From assembly GCA_963743305.1 (NCBI GenBank), contig CAVUPH010000010.1, positions 1-64,000 on the forward strand: DNA of 64,000 nucleotides, in the 5' to 3' direction. The translations under genes and the position numbers were made by a program. Below are positions 18,440 to 28,084 of this stretch, in pieces (position 1 is the first letter of the stretch; each line of letters begins with the position of its first letter). Origin of the DNA: an uncultured delta proteobacterium. Lineage in GTDB: Bacteria > Desulfobacterota > RBG-13-43-22. Below the pieces are notes generated by a model, which worked only from the letters and a program-made list of their open reading frames with translations, was not told the origin of the DNA and did not search any database.

Positions 18440-18775
18440 TTTGCCGAAAATGGGGAAGCTCTGCCGAGGCACTCTGAAAAGGTCCGCCTACGAGCATATG
18501 AACGCGCACGAAACTCGATAGAAATCTACCACCTGAATCATTCTGACTTCGTAGATGCAAGACTGCAGTTGAAGAGACATCTTGAAGAATTGATTAAAAG
18601 GGCTAAGCATTTCTGGAAAAGGCTTGATGAAGGCAACGCCGATATGGATGAAGCTTACTCGAACGCAATTAAAGACATTTTTGATCATATCGATCCTAAC
18701 TCAGAATTCTCGGCCTTTTCAAAGATGATCGTAGATAAATACAGGGACAAGGAGTACCTTGCAGGTGTAGCATAG
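18440..18775 (+). pseudogene. C-terminal fragment of a probable HNH-type nuclease
   Basis: AT-rich; RARNSIEIYHLNH...R...SEFSAF resembles C-termini of defence-associated HNH proteins; no HNH core present. Confidence 0.35.
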
Positions 18776-19027
18776 AAATCGAAATCAACCCCGAGTGGTT
18801 TGCCGTAAAGCGTATCGGCATGGGGATTCCGCGGATACGGGAGGCTATGATTATAGGATATCGCGATCTTTTTACCCACAAAAAGGTGAGTCCCTATTTC
18901 CAAAGCTTTGTATCGGAAATCGAAAGGACTAAGTATTTCGCTCGGGCTTGTAATCGGTCACACATAATATGACAAATCTTGGGAACACGCCAGACTTCAT
19001 GCCGATGAATACATTTGAGAATAAGCT

Positions 19028-19441
19028 ATGAACGATCGTGCTGAAATCGTCCGATTGGTCCTGGAACATTATCCGAACGCTCAAGCCATATATCTTTTCG
19101 GCTCGTACGGTACTGAACAGGAATGGCCGGATAGCGATGTGGATATCGCCGTGCTTTTACCGCCGGAAGAGGCAAAAACAGCCGGTTTGCTCCAGATGAG
19201 TGATTTGCGTTTTGATCTGGAAACCCTTCTGGAAAAAGAAATTGACCTGATCAACATCCGCAGGGTCCCTACCGTTCTCCAGAAGGAAGTGGTCGTAGCC
19301 GACTGCCGCATTTATGAAGGGGACTGGTTCGCTGCGGAGGAATTCGAAATGCTGACCCTTTCGTATTACCAAAAACTTAACGAAGAACGGGCTGACATCA
19401 TCTCTAGCGCCTTGGCCAGCGGGAGGTTTCATTCTTTATGA
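19028..19441 (+). CDS. mntA: Type VII TA antitoxin, MntA-like minimal nucleotidyltransferase
   Basis: YLFGS-X10-DVD motif; ATGA overlap with hepT. Confidence 0.88.
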   Translation: MNDRAEIVRLVLEHYPNAQAIYLFGSYGTEQEWPDSDVDIAVLLPPEEAKTAGLLQMSDLRFDLETLLEKEIDLINIRRVPTVLQKEVVVADCRIYEGDWFAAEEFEMLTLSYYQKLNEERADIISSALASGRFHSL

Positions 19442-19863
19442 ACGACATCGTCTTAAACAAGAAAGAGCGCATCGAACGCTGCATCAAACAGGTCCGAACC
19501 TATTACGGGCTCTCCAGCGAAGTGCCTTTTGAAGAAGATTATCTGCGCCAGGATGCCGTCGCTTTGAATCTCCAAAGGGCTTGTGAACAATGTATCGACC
19601 TGGCGAACTATGTAATCAAGGCGCGAAAGCTTGGGCTTCCCAAGGAAAGTAAAGACAGTTTTCGGTTGCTGGCGGCCAACCGGGTCATCCCCGCCGATCT
19701 GGCCAGAAATCTAGAAGGAATGGTGGGATTCAGGAACGTGCTGGTCCACGAGTATCAGCGAATGGATATCCACCTGATGATCGAGGTGATCGAAAACCGG
19801 CTCGACGATCTGCTGCTGTTTACGGATTTGATTTCAAAAGAATTCCTCAATGAGGAGAAATAG
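19438..19863 (+). CDS. hepT: Type VII TA toxin, HepT/DUF86 HEPN RNase
   Basis: FRNVLVHEY (RX4HXY) HEPN motif. Confidence 0.88.
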   Translation: MNDIVLNKKERIERCIKQVRTYYGLSSEVPFEEDYLRQDAVALNLQRACEQCIDLANYVIKARKLGLPKESKDSFRLLAANRVIPADLARNLEGMVGFRNVLVHEYQRMDIHLMIEVIENRLDDLLLFTDLISKEFLNEEK

Positions 19864-19867
19864 TTAA

Positions 19868-20197
19868 ATGTCCGGAACCTGGATAACCGACCTGACTCAT
19901 TTCCTCGACGAGGACGGCGATATAGCCCCCATTTCGGGCCCGGCCTGGCGACTGGCGGAGTATTTCACCGCCATTGTGCTCATGGCCTCCCATCCGAATT
20001 TAACTGTACCCCTTCAATATCAGGTTCGCTGTCGTCGCCGCCCAGGACGGAAGCCCTGCAGCGGGCTGATCGAAAGCGATCTCGATTTCGAAACCGAAGA
20101 CATCATGGGGTGGTGTCCCGTGTGAGGCGACAATGGGCACATTCATAATTGGAAAGGGTGGTTATGGTACTTAAGCCGGATGGATGAAGGGCACTGA
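19868..20197 (+). CDS. Cys-rich hypothetical protein with an in-frame TGA at 20123 (nonsense or Sec)
   Basis: CRRRPGRKPC...WCPV*GDNGHIHNWKG continues in frame to TGA at 20197. Confidence 0.55.
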
Positions 20198-20244
20198 CCA
20201 AATGTTAAAACCGAAAAATCGTCATAGGATTCGAAGCCAATAAA

Positions 20245-20736
20245 ATGAATCTGGACTACAAAAAGATATTTAAGGAATTAAACAAGGCCAAGGTTGATTA
20301 TCTGGTCGTCGGCGGGCTGGCCGTCAATTTCCATGGGATTCCCCGAATGACCTATGACCTGGATCTGATGCTCCTCCTGGAGCCAGGCAATATCCTTAAA
20401 ATGGTCGCCAAGTTGTCCAAATGGGGTTACCGATCCCGGGCGCCGGTCGATCCCCGGGATTTGGCTGTTCCCGCCAAGCGGGAATCCTGGATAGTGGAGA
20501 AAGGGCTGAAGGCCTTCTCTTTTTCCAGTCCCTCCTCGCCCATTGGAGAGATCGATCTGGTCATCGAATCACCGATTCCTTATGAGCAGTTAAGGTCCCG
20601 GGCCATCTTCATTACGGTTGAGGAGGTGACTATCCCGGTCATTTCTCTTGATGATCTTGTCAGGGTCAAAAAAGCGTCCGGCCGCCAACAGGATTTAAGG
20701 GATATGGACTATCTGGAAAAAATTCGGGGAGGGTAA
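20245..20736 (+). CDS. Nucleotidyltransferase-fold protein (DUF6036/AbiEii-like)
   Basis: YLVVGGLAVNFHG.PR.T.DLDL; K..SGR.QD..D. Confidence 0.75.
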   Translation: MNLDYKKIFKELNKAKVDYLVVGGLAVNFHGIPRMTYDLDLMLLLEPGNILKMVAKLSKWGYRSRAPVDPRDLAVPAKRESWIVEKGLKAFSFSSPSSPIGEIDLVIESPIPYEQLRSRAIFITVEEVTIPVISLDDLVRVKKASGRQQDLRDMDYLEKIRGG

Positions 20737-20744
20737 GACTGGAA

Positions 20745-20969
20745 ATGGAAGACTCCAAACCGAAAAACCAATCTTCATCAGGGAAAAAAAGGAATTTGAA
20801 ACCGGCCCAAGGGTTTGACTATCACGTCAGCCAGGAACAGATCGAGGAATATTCAACCTGGCCCTATTCCCGGCGGCTGGAATGGTTGCTCGCCGGTAAT
20901 CGGTTGAGACAGGCGCTGCCCCGTAGGATATTAGAAATCCAGGATAAGTTCCGCCGGGGGGAAATATGA
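20745..20969 (+). CDS. Small hypothetical protein, probable partner of the upstream NTase
   Basis: 74-aa ORF 8 nt downstream; RLEWL motif. Confidence 0.55.
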   Translation: MEDSKPKNQSSSGKKRNLKPAQGFDYHVSQEQIEEYSTWPYSRRLEWLLAGNRLRQALPRRILEIQDKFRRGEI

Positions 20970-21214
20970 CTCCGCTTCCAGGTCTGAAATCGCAAGAGGC
21001 ATAGATTCTTACATCCCTATAATCTGCTCCGTTTAATAAATCCCTTGAAAAAATCCGCCCGGCCGCAAGAAAACGGCAAGTACTCGCAGTCCTCCGGATC
21101 AAAATCCAAATTTTACGTCAAAGAAGCGCTGAATTTGGATTACCTTTGGTCCTCCCTCTGCATCCTGGGGGCAGTATTTTTCATCTTCCGTTCGAAAATT
21201 TTCTCTTAGTCGAG

Positions 21215-21463
21215 GACTCGCATAAAAATCCTTGACAACTCGCCTATGACCTTTTTGCCGAGCAGGGGTATGCCCGGACGACTATGCGCGCCCTGGCCGA
21301 GCGGGCGGGAGTCGGTCTGGGTACTATTTTCAAACATTTTCCGGACAAGCCCTCCCTGTTGGTGGCGGCCTTTCAGGACGACCTGGGCCGGGTGGTTCAG
21401 GAGGCCTTCCGGACCTTGCCCAAAAAGGGAATCAAAAGTCAGCTCCTGCATCTAACTGGATGA
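21215..21463 (+). pseudogene. TetR-family HTH fragment
   Basis: Frame not in the ORF track: LAYDLFAEQGYARTTMRALAERAGVGLGTIFKHFPDK; frameshifted and truncated. Confidence 0.75.
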
Positions 21464-21551
21464 ATAATCGAACACGGCAGCGTCGGGGCCTTATTTTTTC
21501 CTTCTTCTAATAGGTATCACACTGGGACCATCCCTTAGACTAGAAATTCAA

Positions 21552-21866
21552 TTATTTCAATATCCTGTCCATGGAAGTGTCGGGAGGGTTGACGATCAAA
21601 ATCAACCCCTCGACCTTTTCAATAACCACCTGATCTCCCCGGGTCAAGGGCTTCTCGCTGTTCGCTTTCCACTGCTCTCCATTGACGAAGACATAACCTT
21701 CTTTTTGCCGCCATTCAAGTACCTCCGCGATTCGTCCCTCCAGGGCGGAGGGGCCGGTGACGGGTTTCTTCCTTCGTTGAAGCAATACCCAGATTAGTGG
21801 AAAAACCACATGCTCCAGGAACTCAAAGGCGATAAAGGCAATGATCAGGATGACGATTATATCCAA
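21552..21866 (-). CDS. NfeD family protein
   Basis: N-terminal TM; GYVFVNGEQWKA...VEGLILIV OB fold. Confidence 0.85.
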   Translation of the reverse strand: MDIIVILIIAFIAFEFLEHVVFPLIWVLLQRRKKPVTGPSALEGRIAEVLEWRQKEGYVFVNGEQWKANSEKPLTRGDQVVIEKVEGLILIVNPPDTSMDRILK

Positions 21867-21886
21867 GGCAGGACATCTCCTTTATT

Positions 21887-22029
21887 GACGACCTCGCAAA
21901 AAGTCCAAAACTCTGTCATTGCGAGCGAAGCGAAGCAATCCCCACCATGGTAACTAGCTGATTCTTGGGGATTGCTTCGTCGCTTCACTCCTCGCAATGA
22001 CAGCGCTGGGGACTTTTTGCGAAACCATC
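21887..22029. repeat. MITE-like palindromic element, copy 2 (GTCATTGCGAG core with TCGCAAAAAGTCC/GGACTTTTTGCGA ends)
   Basis: Nested inverted repeats flanked by the direct repeat TTTATT (21881, 22030). Confidence 0.8.
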
Positions 22030-22135
22030 TTTATTGACGTCTAATTACTTTTACCTGTTGATTGAAAAATACGATATAATGCTACTCGAAATAGTCTCCG
22101 GATGCTATCAGGTTTTCTCATAACCGGATCAAGTC

Positions 22136-22630
22136 ATGCACAGAGCCCTATTTAATAAAATAGGTTTGCTATTGACCATTCTATTCGTGGGGATGCCTTT
22201 ACCAAAGGCTTTCGGAGAAAATTGGGTTTTGTTTGCCATCAGTATGGACGGAAGAATTGAGGAATATTACGATCGAGGGAGCGTTGCCCACCCTTCTCCG
22301 GAAATCGTCAGATTGACCGTCAAGACCATTAAATATGACTTCGGGGAGGGAGAGGGAGGAAAGAAGAGCCTCCAAGGCGCCCAGAACGGGAAGGAGCGTC
22401 TTCAGCCAGGCGCGTATACCATCACCCGTCACCAGATCGAATGCCGAAATCGTAGCGATACCTTGTTGAACTCCGCCGATTATGACCAGGACGGCCGGCT
22501 GGTGCATCACTCCGATGTGCCTTGTGTCATCGCCCAAAATCCGCTTCGCCGTCCCCCGCAGGATCTGTATCCGGAGTCCGTTTCTGAAAATCTAATAAAA
22601 ATCGTCTGTCCCCAAACCCCATCGAGGTGA
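22136..22630 (+). CDS. Exported protein, surface-adhesin E-like
   Basis: Signal peptide; W....YYD..S; IECR....YD..G; C-terminal VC. Confidence 0.55.
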   Translation: MHRALFNKIGLLLTILFVGMPLPKAFGENWVLFAISMDGRIEEYYDRGSVAHPSPEIVRLTVKTIKYDFGEGEGGKKSLQGAQNGKERLQPGAYTITRHQIECRNRSDTLLNSADYDQDGRLVHHSDVPCVIAQNPLRRPPQDLYPESVSENLIKIVCPQTPSR

Positions 22631-22680
22631 AAGGGGATCAGGCGGATCAATCCGCCTAGAAATTTTAAAATGAGGAAACG

Positions 22681-23025
22681 ATGGCCAAAATAAACTACGA
22701 GGGCAAATTAACAGGAAAATCATTTGAGGGAGAGCCGCGGAAAAAAGCCTATGAGGCTAACCTGCCGGCCAAACTGGGTACTGAAAAGAATCCCGCACGG
22801 GTGAGCGTCAGGACCGAAGAAAGGCAGAAAGAGGTTGCCGCCCTTTTTGAAGAAAAGGGTTGGAAGTATACCGTTGAATTGGAACCGGACCAAGCGGAGG
22901 ATACGGCCGATCTAGAAAAATTGCTGAATCCGCTTGAGCCCGTGACGGTTGAAAAAAAGGTCGGACGTAACGAGCCCTGCCCCTGTGGCAGCGGGAAGAA
23001 ACATAAAAAATGTTGCGGCCGGTAA
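22681..23025 (+). CDS. SEC-C motif protein (PBPRA1643-like)
   Basis: KLGTEKNPA and [18 protein letters not shown]. Confidence 0.85.
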   Translation: MAKINYEGKLTGKSFEGEPRKKAYEANLPAKLGTEKNPARVSVRTEERQKEVAALFEEKGWKYTVELEPDQAEDTADLEKLLNPLEPVTVEKKVGRNEPCPCGSGKKHKKCCGR

Positions 23026-23066
23026 ATGAATTTTTCGGGGTCAGGAGCCCTGAAACCGGGGCCGAT

Positions 23067-23466
23067 TTATTTTATGGCCTCCGCGGCCCGTAAGGGGAGT
23101 GGCAGAGCCTCCAGACTGGCCGCCCCGGGGCCTATTTGGGGCTGAATATCAATTGCTTTTAACGGTTTGCCGCACTCGGCGCAGATCACCAGCGGTCGGG
23201 CGGGATGGCCGTCCGGCTGATGCCTAAAGAGAATCGGGGGGCCGTCCGGCGCTTCCCACCGATCTCCCCAGGCCACCAGCGCCATGATAATCGGGAACAG
23301 GTCCTTTCCTTTTGAGGTGAGGCAATAGGACTGCCTCCGCGATCCTTTCTCTTCAATCCGCTTTACGATCAATTCCCTGACCACCAGTTTTTTTAATCGG
23401 TTAGCCAATATGTTGCGCGCTATGCCCAGATCCCGGCACAACGAGTCGAAGGTGTTGATTCCATCT
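23067..23466 (-). pseudogene. HxlR-family winged-helix regulator, N-terminally truncated
   Basis: LGIARNILANRLKKL...YCLTSKGKDLFP...WGDRW; first helix and start codon missing. Confidence 0.75.
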
Positions 23467-23477
23467 TTTAGACGAGC

Positions 23478-23749
23478 TGAAGGTAACTCTCGCCCTGGCG
23501 GGTTTTTCTGAAGACGGGAGTCGTTGGCTGATGAGGAACGAGTTTTTCCAGCCGGATGGCAAGCCGGCCGCCACGGTTTCGAGTGTGGGGAGCTGGCTGG
23601 ATCTATCGGTCCGGAAACTCGTGGCCGCCCCCCCGAAGCTGCTGGAAGCCCTGAAGTCGTTGCCTCAAACGAGTGATTTTCGGCCCCTGGCCTCGATCCT
23701 TGAGCCTCGCACCAAGCTCCAGGAACCGCCCAAAGAAAGGCGTAAGTGA
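23478..23749 (+). pseudogene. Hotdog thioesterase C-terminal fragment
   Basis: SEDGSRWLMRNEFFQPDGKPAATV...WLDLSVRKL. Confidence 0.55.
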
Positions 23750-23789
23750 ATGAAATATTGGATCACAGATCAAAAGGAGGTAAAAGTAC

Positions 23790-24051
23790 CTGTTTGAAAT
23801 TCAAGAGAGAAAAGGAAATCCCCCTTCAGAGAGGGGTGACCGGCGGGTCAACCGATGCGGCGGCAGTGCAACTGGTTCGCCAGGGGTTGGGCGTGCTGCC
23901 GATCGACCTCCCCTGCCGCTATACCCATTCACTGGTGGAAACGGTGTCGCTCCGGGATCTGGATTTCGCGGCGGCCCTCGTCCCGGAAATGCTGATTCAC
24001 TTTCCCGAAAATGACCTGAGAAAAGGCGACGGTAAAAAGTCTTTGTTATAA
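23790..24051 (+). pseudogene. M42 peptidase C-terminal fragment
   Basis: GGSTDAAA...LPCRYTHS.VE. Confidence 0.7.
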
Positions 24052-24079
24052 TAAATCTTATTTGATACATTGGGCCTCC

Positions 24080-26125
24080 ATGTCATTCCCGGGTTTAAAT
24101 AAAATCACCCATCTCTTATTTATTTTTCTCCTTTTTGCTCTGTCTCCGGTCAATTTTATCCATCTGTTCCCCCATTTCACCACCCACCTGGTGGGAGACG
24201 CCATGGATACGGCCCAGTACCCCTGGAATGTCTGGTGGACGGCCCACGCCCTACTGGACTTAAAGGTCAACCCTTTTGATAGCGACCATATGCTTTATCC
24301 CCTGGGGATAAACATGGTCCACCACACCTATACTTTCCTGGACGGGCTTTTCTATACCCTGGTCAGGCCGTGGGTGCCCCTGCTGGTCTTTCATAACGCC
24401 ATAACCTGGTTGTCCATTTTCTTAAATTCCCTGGCGGCCTATGCTTTGGTTTTCAGGCTCACCGGATTGAGCGGACTGGCCTTTATCGGCGCCCTGGCCT
24501 TCGGACACTCACCGATCCTGACCAGTTACCAGGGGACCCAAAGTCTGATTGAACCCTATCTGTTTGTTTTTTTCGTTTTGGCCTCCTTTCATCTTTTCGA
24601 GGTCCGCCGCTATTACTGGGGGATTGCCGCCGGTATTCTCCTGGGGCTTTCGGTTTATAATTATCCCTATTTTTTTGTTTTCGGTCTGGTCTGGCTCACG
24701 GTGCTGGTTCTGTACCGGCTTTTCCCCTGGTCCGTGAAGCCGATCGAAATTTCCGGGGAACCCGGAGAGTTCCGGCCCGGAACCGTGCTGGCCTGGTTGA
24801 TTTTCGGCCTGCTCTTTTTCCTGACTATGCTTTCCAAGGAAGCCTGGGAAACGTTGAAAATTGGTGATTGGTTCAGCACCCCCATCGCTCTGGGCTTCTT
24901 GGCGGGGATTTATTTCCTGTTAATAATAGGGGATATTTTTGTTGCGCGGTGGAAAGCGGGACGGGAGGCTGCTCCAGCCCGTTCGGGTTGGGCAAAACGG
25001 CTGCGGCTCCACTTGCTGGAATGGCGGCCTCTGAAAGGAAAAGAGGCGGCCACCATTTTAATCCTTTGCGTGCTGGTGCTGGCTACGGCCCTCCTGACGA
25101 CCTTTCCTTATACGGAATCCTACCTGCTCGACCCAGGCACCCGCTCGGCCGTGAAAAGCCTCCCGATCGACTTTCAAACCTTCAGCGTGGATCTGGCCGG
25201 TTTCTTTGCCCCGTTTCATCCCTGGCTGTCGGGTGTATCCCAAAAAATCGCCGCGGATTGGAAGCTGGGAGGGCCCCTGCGGGGGACCCTCGGTTTCTTT
25301 GGATATTTGTGGCTGATCCTGCTAGTCAGCGGGATCAGCCTTTTTTTAAAAAGGGAGGCCTTGCGGCTATGGATCCTGGCCTGGCTGGTATTTCTCTTTT
25401 TTTGTCTCGGACCGCATATAAAGTTTCACGGCATTACCTTTACCGAATTCATCCTCCCGGGATACCTGCTCCCGAACCTGCCTTTATTGGGAAGCACCCG
25501 GACCCTGTCCCGATTTGTAGTTCCTTTGACCCTCTTCACCGTGGTGATTGGGTGCCTGATCGTAAAAGATTTTTTTAAAAAAATATCGCCCGGCGCCAGG
25601 GTTTTGTGTTATTTGGGGCTGGCGCTGGTCACCGCCTTCGAAACGGCCCTCTTCCCTTTTCCGGTGCAGGGCCCCGTAACGGATTATCGGATTCCCCCCG
25701 TCTATCAGGCCTTGGCCGAAAGGGCGCAGGGACGAGAGGGGGTCTTGCTGGACCTTCCGTTGTTTACCCAAAGCGGGGATCATTGGGAAGGGAAGCGGGA
25801 AACCCGGACCTTTTTTTATCAGACAGTTCACCAGCAGTGGAATGTGGGAGGCTTCTCCTCGAAACTCGATGACAGCGTCTTCGATTATTTCCGAAAGCTT
25901 CCCGGGGTGGAGGACTTTTGGAAGCAACGACCAATCACCCGGAAGGAGTTGGCGGCTTTCCTGTCGGTTGTTCGGGTGGATTGGATCGTCATGGAGAAGT
26001 CCAGGTATGACCTGCCCACCCTGGAGACGTACCTGGCTGTATTCGCCCAAACCCCGGGGCTGAGGAAGTTCTTTGAAGATCGAGAGAATGTGGGCTTTCA
26101 GGTTCTAAGGAATCCCGGGACCTGA
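24080..26125 (+). CDS. Polytopic membrane protein, GT-C/YfhO-like glycosyltransferase candidate
   Basis: GD.....W..WW and YP.G N-terminal loop, many TM helices, R..SRF, YQTVH. Confidence 0.6.
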   Translation: MSFPGLNKITHLLFIFLLFALSPVNFIHLFPHFTTHLVGDAMDTAQYPWNVWWTAHALLDLKVNPFDSDHMLYPLGINMVHHTYTFLDGLFYTLVRPWVPLLVFHNAITWLSIFLNSLAAYALVFRLTGLSGLAFIGALAFGHSPILTSYQGTQSLIEPYLFVFFVLASFHLFEVRRYYWGIAAGILLGLSVYNYPYFFVFGLVWLTVLVLYRLFPWSVKPIEISGEPGEFRPGTVLAWLIFGLLFFLTMLSKEAWETLKIGDWFSTPIALGFLAGIYFLLIIGDIFVARWKAGREAAPARSGWAKRLRLHLLEWRPLKGKEAATILILCVLVLATALLTTFPYTESYLLDPGTRSAVKSLPIDFQTFSVDLAGFFAPFHPWLSGVSQKIAADWKLGGPLRGTLGFFGYLWLILLVSGISLFLKREALRLWILAWLVFLFFCLGPHIKFHGITFTEFILPGYLLPNLPLLGSTRTLSRFVVPLTLFTVVIGCLIVKDFFKKISPGARVLCYLGLALVTAFETALFPFPVQGPVTDYRIPPVYQALAERAQGREGVLLDLPLFTQSGDHWEGKRETRTFFYQTVHQQWNVGGFSSKLDDSVFDYFRKLPGVEDFWKQRPITRKELAAFLSVVRVDWIVMEKSRYDLPTLETYLAVFAQTPGLRKFFEDRENVGFQVLRNPGT

Positions 26126-26467
26126 AAAGAGGCCGGAAGTTTGAGGTTTTGGGGTCGGCGGGAGTCGGCCAGTCCGATGAGTTTCGCACCAACACTCTGG
26201 AGCATGCAAACACCGTCACCCGCAGCGAGATATTACAATAGAAACCATGCTAACGAACCATTTGTTCTCTCTGGCCGGGGATAGGGAAGGTCAATGCCGC
26301 CAGCCAATCAGTAGTAGCGAAGATTTTTTATGGCCGATTGTCTTTGGAGCGGAGAATTACTCTCCTGTCTATCCTGCTGGGGCGTGGAAGATCGGCGCCC
26401 CCTTACGGCCCAGCCTGGCCCGATTCGACCCGGCCAACCCGCCACGGCTCGGCGTGAAGGCGTCGAC

Positions 26468-27964
26468 ATGAACCCGGTAGATAGACCATCCGCTTGCGGC
26501 ATTCGCCGCTGGATGCGGACCGCCGCCGGTATCGCGGTGGCCTTCGTCCTGCTGGGACTGGCTTATTACACCCTACAACGGCGGATCAGCGCGCCGACGG
26601 CAACGCTTCCGGTCATCCAGCCTGATCGATATCTTGTGGGCGCCCATTATTACATCTGGTATCCGAGTAATTTCCGGCAGGGCTATTTGCGCGAACACCT
26701 TCGGCCCAAGCAGACTTTTCCCGGAGGCGAGTATCGGTCAACCGACACCAAGGTGATCGCACGCCACATCGCCTGGTGCTCCGAATACGGGATCGATTTC
26801 CTGTCCATCGGTTGGTGGTCGAGTGAATCGGAACGCACCGAGTCGTTCCTCGACAGCCTGTACCAGACCCCGAATATCGCCGACGTCAAGTTCTGTGTCT
26901 TCTACGAAACACAGGCGCTAGGTTTCGACTCCAGGCAAGGAACCATCCACTTCGACGAGGCCAAAACGACCCGGATGATCGCCGACTTCGAAAAAATCGC
27001 GACGCGCTGTTTCAGCCATCCGTCCTATCTGCGTATCCGGGGGCGACCCGTCGTCTTCCTCTACCTGACCAGAACTTTCAGCGGTGCATTTGCGCAGGCC
27101 GTCGCCCGCTTGCGCTCCGCCATGCGAAGGCGGGGGTACGAACTGTTCCTGATCGGGGACGAGGTATTCTGGAAGGTGTCCCCGGTAGTCCGACCCGGCC
27201 AGATTCCCTTTCCGCTGGTAGAGACCCCGCAGCCGACCCGGTTCCGCCTGTTCGATGCCATCACCTCGTACAACATGTATGAGAACGGCAGCGTGTCCCA
27301 GAAGGGCTATGCCGCCCGCAGCACTTACGTCTCAGACGTCGCCGCCAAGTACACCGAGTATCTCTCGGCCTCGAACGGCACGGTCTACTTCGTCCCGCAG
27401 ATCATCCCAGGCTACAACGACCGCGGGGTCCGGCTGAATGAGAATCATTACGCGATTCCACGGGAATGGAGCGAGGGCGCAGGCGAAGCCAGCCTGTTTG
27501 CCAAACTGTTCGACCTGACGGCATTTCGGTTCGTGGATCCCCGGCTGAATATGATTCTGATCACCAGTTGGAACGAATGGAACGAGGATACGGCCATAGA
27601 ACCGCTGGATCCTTCCGGTCCAACCAGGACCGATAATAGTCCATCGGGAAACCTGTATACCCAGGGATACGCCTACAGCGGGCACGGGCTTCGCTACTTG
27701 GAGACGCTCCGGAACAAGGTCTTGGCCCTCTGCGGGACCGTGCGCCGGGGACCCGGTACTGTGCCGGGCGCGGTCGTCAGGGCATTCAAGGGTGAGCGGC
27801 TCATCGCCGAGACCCGCACCGACTCTTCAGGACGGTACCGCTTTTCCAGGCTGGAACTGCCGGCGGATGAATACCTAATCCGTGCAGCGGACAAGCCGAA
27901 CGCCGCTTGCACGGTATCGGTCCGCCCCGGAACCTGCATCACCGGAATCAACCTCGCACTCTGA
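26468..27964 (+). CDS. Membrane-anchored GH99/GH71-like glycoside hydrolase with C-terminal Ig-like domain
   Basis: AHYYIWY, GIDF, PGYND, ITSWNEWNEDTAIEP; C-terminal TDSSGRY. Confidence 0.8.
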   Translation: MNPVDRPSACGIRRWMRTAAGIAVAFVLLGLAYYTLQRRISAPTATLPVIQPDRYLVGAHYYIWYPSNFRQGYLREHLRPKQTFPGGEYRSTDTKVIARHIAWCSEYGIDFLSIGWWSSESERTESFLDSLYQTPNIADVKFCVFYETQALGFDSRQGTIHFDEAKTTRMIADFEKIATRCFSHPSYLRIRGRPVVFLYLTRTFSGAFAQAVARLRSAMRRRGYELFLIGDEVFWKVSPVVRPGQIPFPLVETPQPTRFRLFDAITSYNMYENGSVSQKGYAARSTYVSDVAAKYTEYLSASNGTVYFVPQIIPGYNDRGVRLNENHYAIPREWSEGAGEASLFAKLFDLTAFRFVDPRLNMILITSWNEWNEDTAIEPLDPSGPTRTDNSPSGNLYTQGYAYSGHGLRYLETLRNKVLALCGTVRRGPGTVPGAVVRAFKGERLIAETRTDSSGRYRFSRLELPADEYLIRAADKPNAACTVSVRPGTCITGINLAL

Positions 27965-28084
27965 CGTCAGCTTAGAAAAGAAGCCCCGGCCCCGACCGCG
28001 TAACCACCGTCAGAGCGACATTAGCCGACATTAAAATCCAGTGGAGCCGTGATCCGCCGCACCAGGCCGGTTTGCCAAATTTGG

